From the NCBI GenBank assembly GCA_002269645.1, contig NIVC01004558.1, positions 1-42,046 of the forward strand: a DNA stretch of 42,046 nt, read 5' to 3'. Source of the stretch: Macrostomum lignano (taxonomy: Eukaryota). Positions 39,252-42,046 of the stretch are shown piece after piece. Made by a program: the position numbers and the translations under genes. Each line of letters begins with the position of its first letter. The first letter of the stretch is position 1. The notes under the pieces are model-generated. The model made no database searches. It saw nothing but the letters and a program-made list of their open reading frames with translations, and was not told the origin of the DNA.

Positions 39252-39880
39252 TCATCGCCAGCGCACTGCCCCGTTCCTGACGCTGCCCTCCGACTGTCTC
39301 TGCGGCTGCAGCGTCGTCGGCGTGGCGGGCCCGAGAGCCAGCGGAGCCGCCGCAGCCCCATCAGCCACCGTGAGGCCACCGGGCAGCTCGTTGACCGCGG
39401 CGGTGTCTTCGGTCTCGCCGACGCGGTGCCAGGCGGTGACGGAGGGCAGCAGGAGGCCGGCCGCGGTCAGCAGGCCGCCGAGACCAAAGACTCCGAGGGC
39501 AGCGTAGCCGGCGAGCTCCAGGCGGCGATTCCACTCGGCGTTCTCCGGCCGGCGCCGGAGCCCGATGACGCCGTGTCGGTCGCCTTCGCTGCTGGGCGTC
39601 TCGACCAGCGCCGGCCGCCGGGGTGCCAGCTGGACCCGACAAGGCTGGCAGCGCCCAGCAGCAGCAGGAGGGCGCCGGACCAGAGCATCGCCTGCCACAG
39701 GCGCGTCGATCGACAGCCGCCACTGGCGCCGTGGCGCACCGGCGCTGGCAGCAGCCGCTCGGACTTCGCCGACTTCAACGGCTCGAATTGGCCGCAGTTG
39801 GTCGGCAGCTGCTCGGCCGGCTCGTAGAAGCTGCCCAGATGAGACACGATCAGCGGCCGCCGGTGCGCCGAGTTCGACAT
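39252..39880 (-). CDS. NRSN: Neurensin-like two-pass membrane protein with a 1-bp frameshift at ~39630-39637
   Basis: ORF 39880 (ATG; MSNSAHRRPLIVSHLGSFYE...RLWQAMLWSGALLLLLGAASLVG) joins the frame of ORF 39252..39698 (QLAPRRP...ENAEWNRRLELAGYAALGVFGLGGLLTAAGLLLPSV). The layout matches the neurensin family as I recall it: SxLxxFYE motif, W-x4-SG TM1, G-x-L-x-P, a short loop with an aromatic-N motif, then TM2 with GG. Restored length is 209 aa, close to the ~200 aa of vertebrate neurensins. GC-rich coding-like sequence. Recognised by eye, with no HMM search. Confidence 0.7.
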
Positions 39881-39925
39881 GCTGGCGGTGTCGGCTTCTA
39901 GCCAGAAGAGATTCCCAAAGTCTGG

Positions 39926-40480
39926 ATGGGGCTTCTCCTATTCTCAGTGGGGATTCTCCTATTCTCGTGGGGATTCTGCCATTCTCGGTGGGGATTCTCC
40001 TATTCTCGGTGGGGATTCTCTTATTCTCGGTGGAGATTCTGCCATTCTCGGTGGGGATTCTCCTATTCTCGGTGGGGATTCTCCTATTCTCAGTGGGGAT
40101 TCTCCTATTCTCGGTGGGGATTCTCCTATTCTCGGTATGGATTCTGCCATCCTCGGTGGGATTCTCCTATTCTCGGTGGGGATTCTGCCATTCTCGGTGG
40201 GGATTCTCCTATTCTCGTGGGGATTCTGCCATTCTCGGTGTGGATTCTCCTACTCTCAGTGGGGATTCTCCTATTCTCAGTGGGGATTCTCCTATTCTCA
40301 GTGGGGATTCTCCTATTCTCAGTGGGGATTCTCCTATTCTCAGTGGGGATTCTCCTACTCAGTGGGGATTCTCCTATTTTCGGTGGGGATTCTGCCATTC
40401 TCGGTGGGGATTCTCCTATTCTCAGTGGGGATTCTCCTATTCTCAGTGGGGATTCTCCTACTCTCAGTGGGGATTCTCCT
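39926..40480 (+). repeat. 21-bp minisatellite (ggggattctcctattctcagt and the ctgccattctcggt variant), about 26 units, inside the predicted intron
   Basis: 21-bp period with some 20-bp units. It explains the VGILLFS / GDSPILS / WGFSYSQ ORFs. Confidence 0.97.
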
Positions 40481-40500
40481 TGTCCGGTGGAGGGGGGCTC

Positions 40501-40697
40501 TCTAGTGTGTGTGAGATTCTCCTAGTCTGATTTGAGACTCTTCTAGTCTGGGTTGAGATTCTCCTAGTGTGAATTGAAATTCTCCTAGTCTGGGTTGAGA
40601 TTTTCATAGTCTCGGTTGAGATTCTCCTATTCTGAGTTGAGATTCTCCTAGTCTGGGTTGAGATTCTCCTAGTCTGGGTTGAGATTCTTCTAGTCTG
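40501..40697 (+). repeat. Related 21-bp minisatellite (ctgggttgagattctcctagt), about 9 diverged units
   Basis: Same period and shared gattctccta core as the adjacent 39926-40480 array. Confidence 0.9.
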
Positions 40698-40747
40698 TGT
40701 TGCTATGATAAATTGCCATTAAGATAACACTTGTAAAGATTACTCAC

Positions 40748-41080
40748 CTAACCAACGGGCTGATATCTCTCACTGATGCTCTTTGAACCAAATGTATCTC
40801 AACTGGCTTGTCGTGCACCCGAACAAGTTTATAGCCGGCAAAGTGAGCGGCTGGTCGCTGGATGAAGGGGAGAGAGCGGGATCTCGGACCCGATTCGCCG
40901 CCAGTCACTGCCCCCCCCCCACCAACAGGATGCCGGCAATTAGCAGAGCCGCTCCTGCCGAGCTCGGGCCCCCACAGCCCGGGAGGGTCAGTGAGCGAGA
41001 GGGCGATGTTCCGCAACTGCAAGTGCAACTCAAATTCGGCAATTGCCCAGCACTGGCCAAGAGCCGCCCTCTTGACAGTA
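40748..41080 (-). other. Putative non-coding first (5'UTR) exon of the neurensin-like gene
   Basis: Ends at a consensus donor TAG|GTGAGTAA (GT at 40747-40746). There is no minus-strand ATG from 40748 to beyond 41190. A candidate acceptor ctcttctggctAG (39899-39898) lies 17 nt before the ATG. The upstream boundary is estimated from the TATA box. Confidence 0.5.
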
Positions 41081-41102
41081 GGGCCGCCTCTTGAAATATC
41101 AA

Positions 41103-41110
41103 TTTTTATA
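41103..41110 (-). promoter_or_regulatory. Candidate TATA box (TATAAAAA)
   Basis: Consensus TATAWAW on the minus strand, at the AT-rich to GC-rich transition just upstream of the putative first exon. Confidence 0.35.
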
Positions 41111-41192
41111 TTCTCAAATTGAAATTACTCGCCGATTCTCGGGGGACAAGGGAATTAATGAAGAATTTTTTATTGCGTGAATGATGAAATGT

Positions 41193-42046
41193 CAGTGGGA
41201 ATGAGCAGGAGAACAGTGGGAATGAACAGGGGAGGCAGTGGGAATGAACAGGGGAGGCAGTGGGAATGAGCAGGAGAAACAGTGGGAATGAACAGGAGAG
41301 GCAGTGGGAATGAGCAGGAGAAACAGTGGAATGAACAGGAGAAAAGTGGGAATGAACAGGAGAGGCAGTGGGAATGAACAGGAGAGGCAGTGGGAATGAG
41401 CAGGAGAAACAGTGGGAATGAACAGGAGAAAAAGTGGGAATGAACAGGAGAAAAAGTGGGAATGAACAGGAGAGGCAGTGGGAATGAACAGGGGAGGCAG
41501 TGGAATGAACAGGAGAGGCAGTGGGAATGAACAGAGGAGGCAGTGGGAATGAACAGAGGAGCAGTAGGAATGAACAGGGAGGCAGTGGAATGAACAGGAG
41601 GCAGTGGGGAATGAACAGAGGAGCAGTGGGAATGAACAGAGGAGGCAGTAGGAATGAACAGGGGAGGCAGTGGGAATGAACAGGAGAAAACAGTGGAATG
41701 AACAGGGAGGCAGTGGAATGAACAGGAGAGGCAGTGGGAATGAACAGAGGAGGCGTGGAAATGAACAGAGGAGGCAGTAGGAATGAACAGGGAGCAGTGG
41801 GAATGAACAGGAGAGGCAGTGGAATGAACAGAGGAGGCAGTGGAATGAACAGAGGAGCAGTAGGAATGAACAGGGGAGGCAGTGGGAATGAACAGGAGAA
41901 ACAGTGGAATGAACAGGGAGCAGTGGGAATGAACAGGAGAGGCAGTGGGAATGAACAGGGGAGGCAGTGGGAATGAACAAGTGAGACACGGAAATGAGCA
42001 GGTGAGACACGGGAAATGAGCAGGTGAGACACGGGAAATGAACAGG
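41193..42046 (+). repeat. Purine-rich ~22-bp minisatellite (agtgggaatgaacaggagaggc), about 39 units; switches to gtgagacacgggaaatgagcag at ~41980; runs off the window
   Basis: Period of 20-22 bp with strong purine bias on the + strand. It explains the FIPTASPVHSHC-type minus-strand ORFs. Confidence 0.97.

Noticed and set aside
39128-39901. Other overlapping GC-rich ORFs (39128, 39229, 39361, 39426, 39623)
   Set aside because: Shadow frames of the GC-rich neurensin-like CDS.
39565-40530. Long + strand ORFs (321, 208 and 199 aa) with VGILLFS/GDSPILS/WGFSYSQ repeats
   Set aside because: Generated by the 21-bp minisatellite. The frames swap at 20-bp units, showing no frame constraint.
41106-42032. 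308-aa and 272-aa Pro/Leu/Phe/His-rich minus-strand ORFs
   Set aside because: Translation of a pyrimidine-rich minisatellite strand with variable 20-22-bp units and constant frame switching.
39926-42046. Common origin of the 21/22-bp minisatellites and the 40-bp satellite (ctattc, aggaga, gaat words)
   Set aside because: Only 4-6-bp shared words with no colinear alignment.

Overview
Eukaryotic (probably invertebrate metazoan) satellite-rich DNA. About 36 kb of the 42 kb is one head-to-tail array of a 40-bp satellite (ctattcctgcatccatgataggctagattagcaatccatt). The array is interrupted at 13172-16129 by a 2,958-bp insertion with the hallmarks of a non-autonomous Helitron: 5'-TC, a GC hairpin just before a 3'-CTAG, insertion between A and T, and no target duplication. 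Removing it restores a perfect monomer. The Helitron carries a tRNA-Ser(GCT)-like Pol III head that matches the satellite monomer in inverted orientation, a 1.6-kb 24-bp minisatellite that is stop-free in one frame (KPRITALD repeats), and a degenerate 17-19-bp repeat. The right-hand array shows higher-order structure (360-bp and about 4,256-bp duplications, recurrent 23-bp deletion monomers) and diverged edges. The last 2.8 kb holds a minus-strand neurensin-like two-TM gene with one frameshift (probably an assembly error), a plausible 5'UTR exon, intron and TATA box, and three more minisatellites. No CRISPR array, rRNA or intact transposase is present. The organism cannot be identified from the sequence alone.
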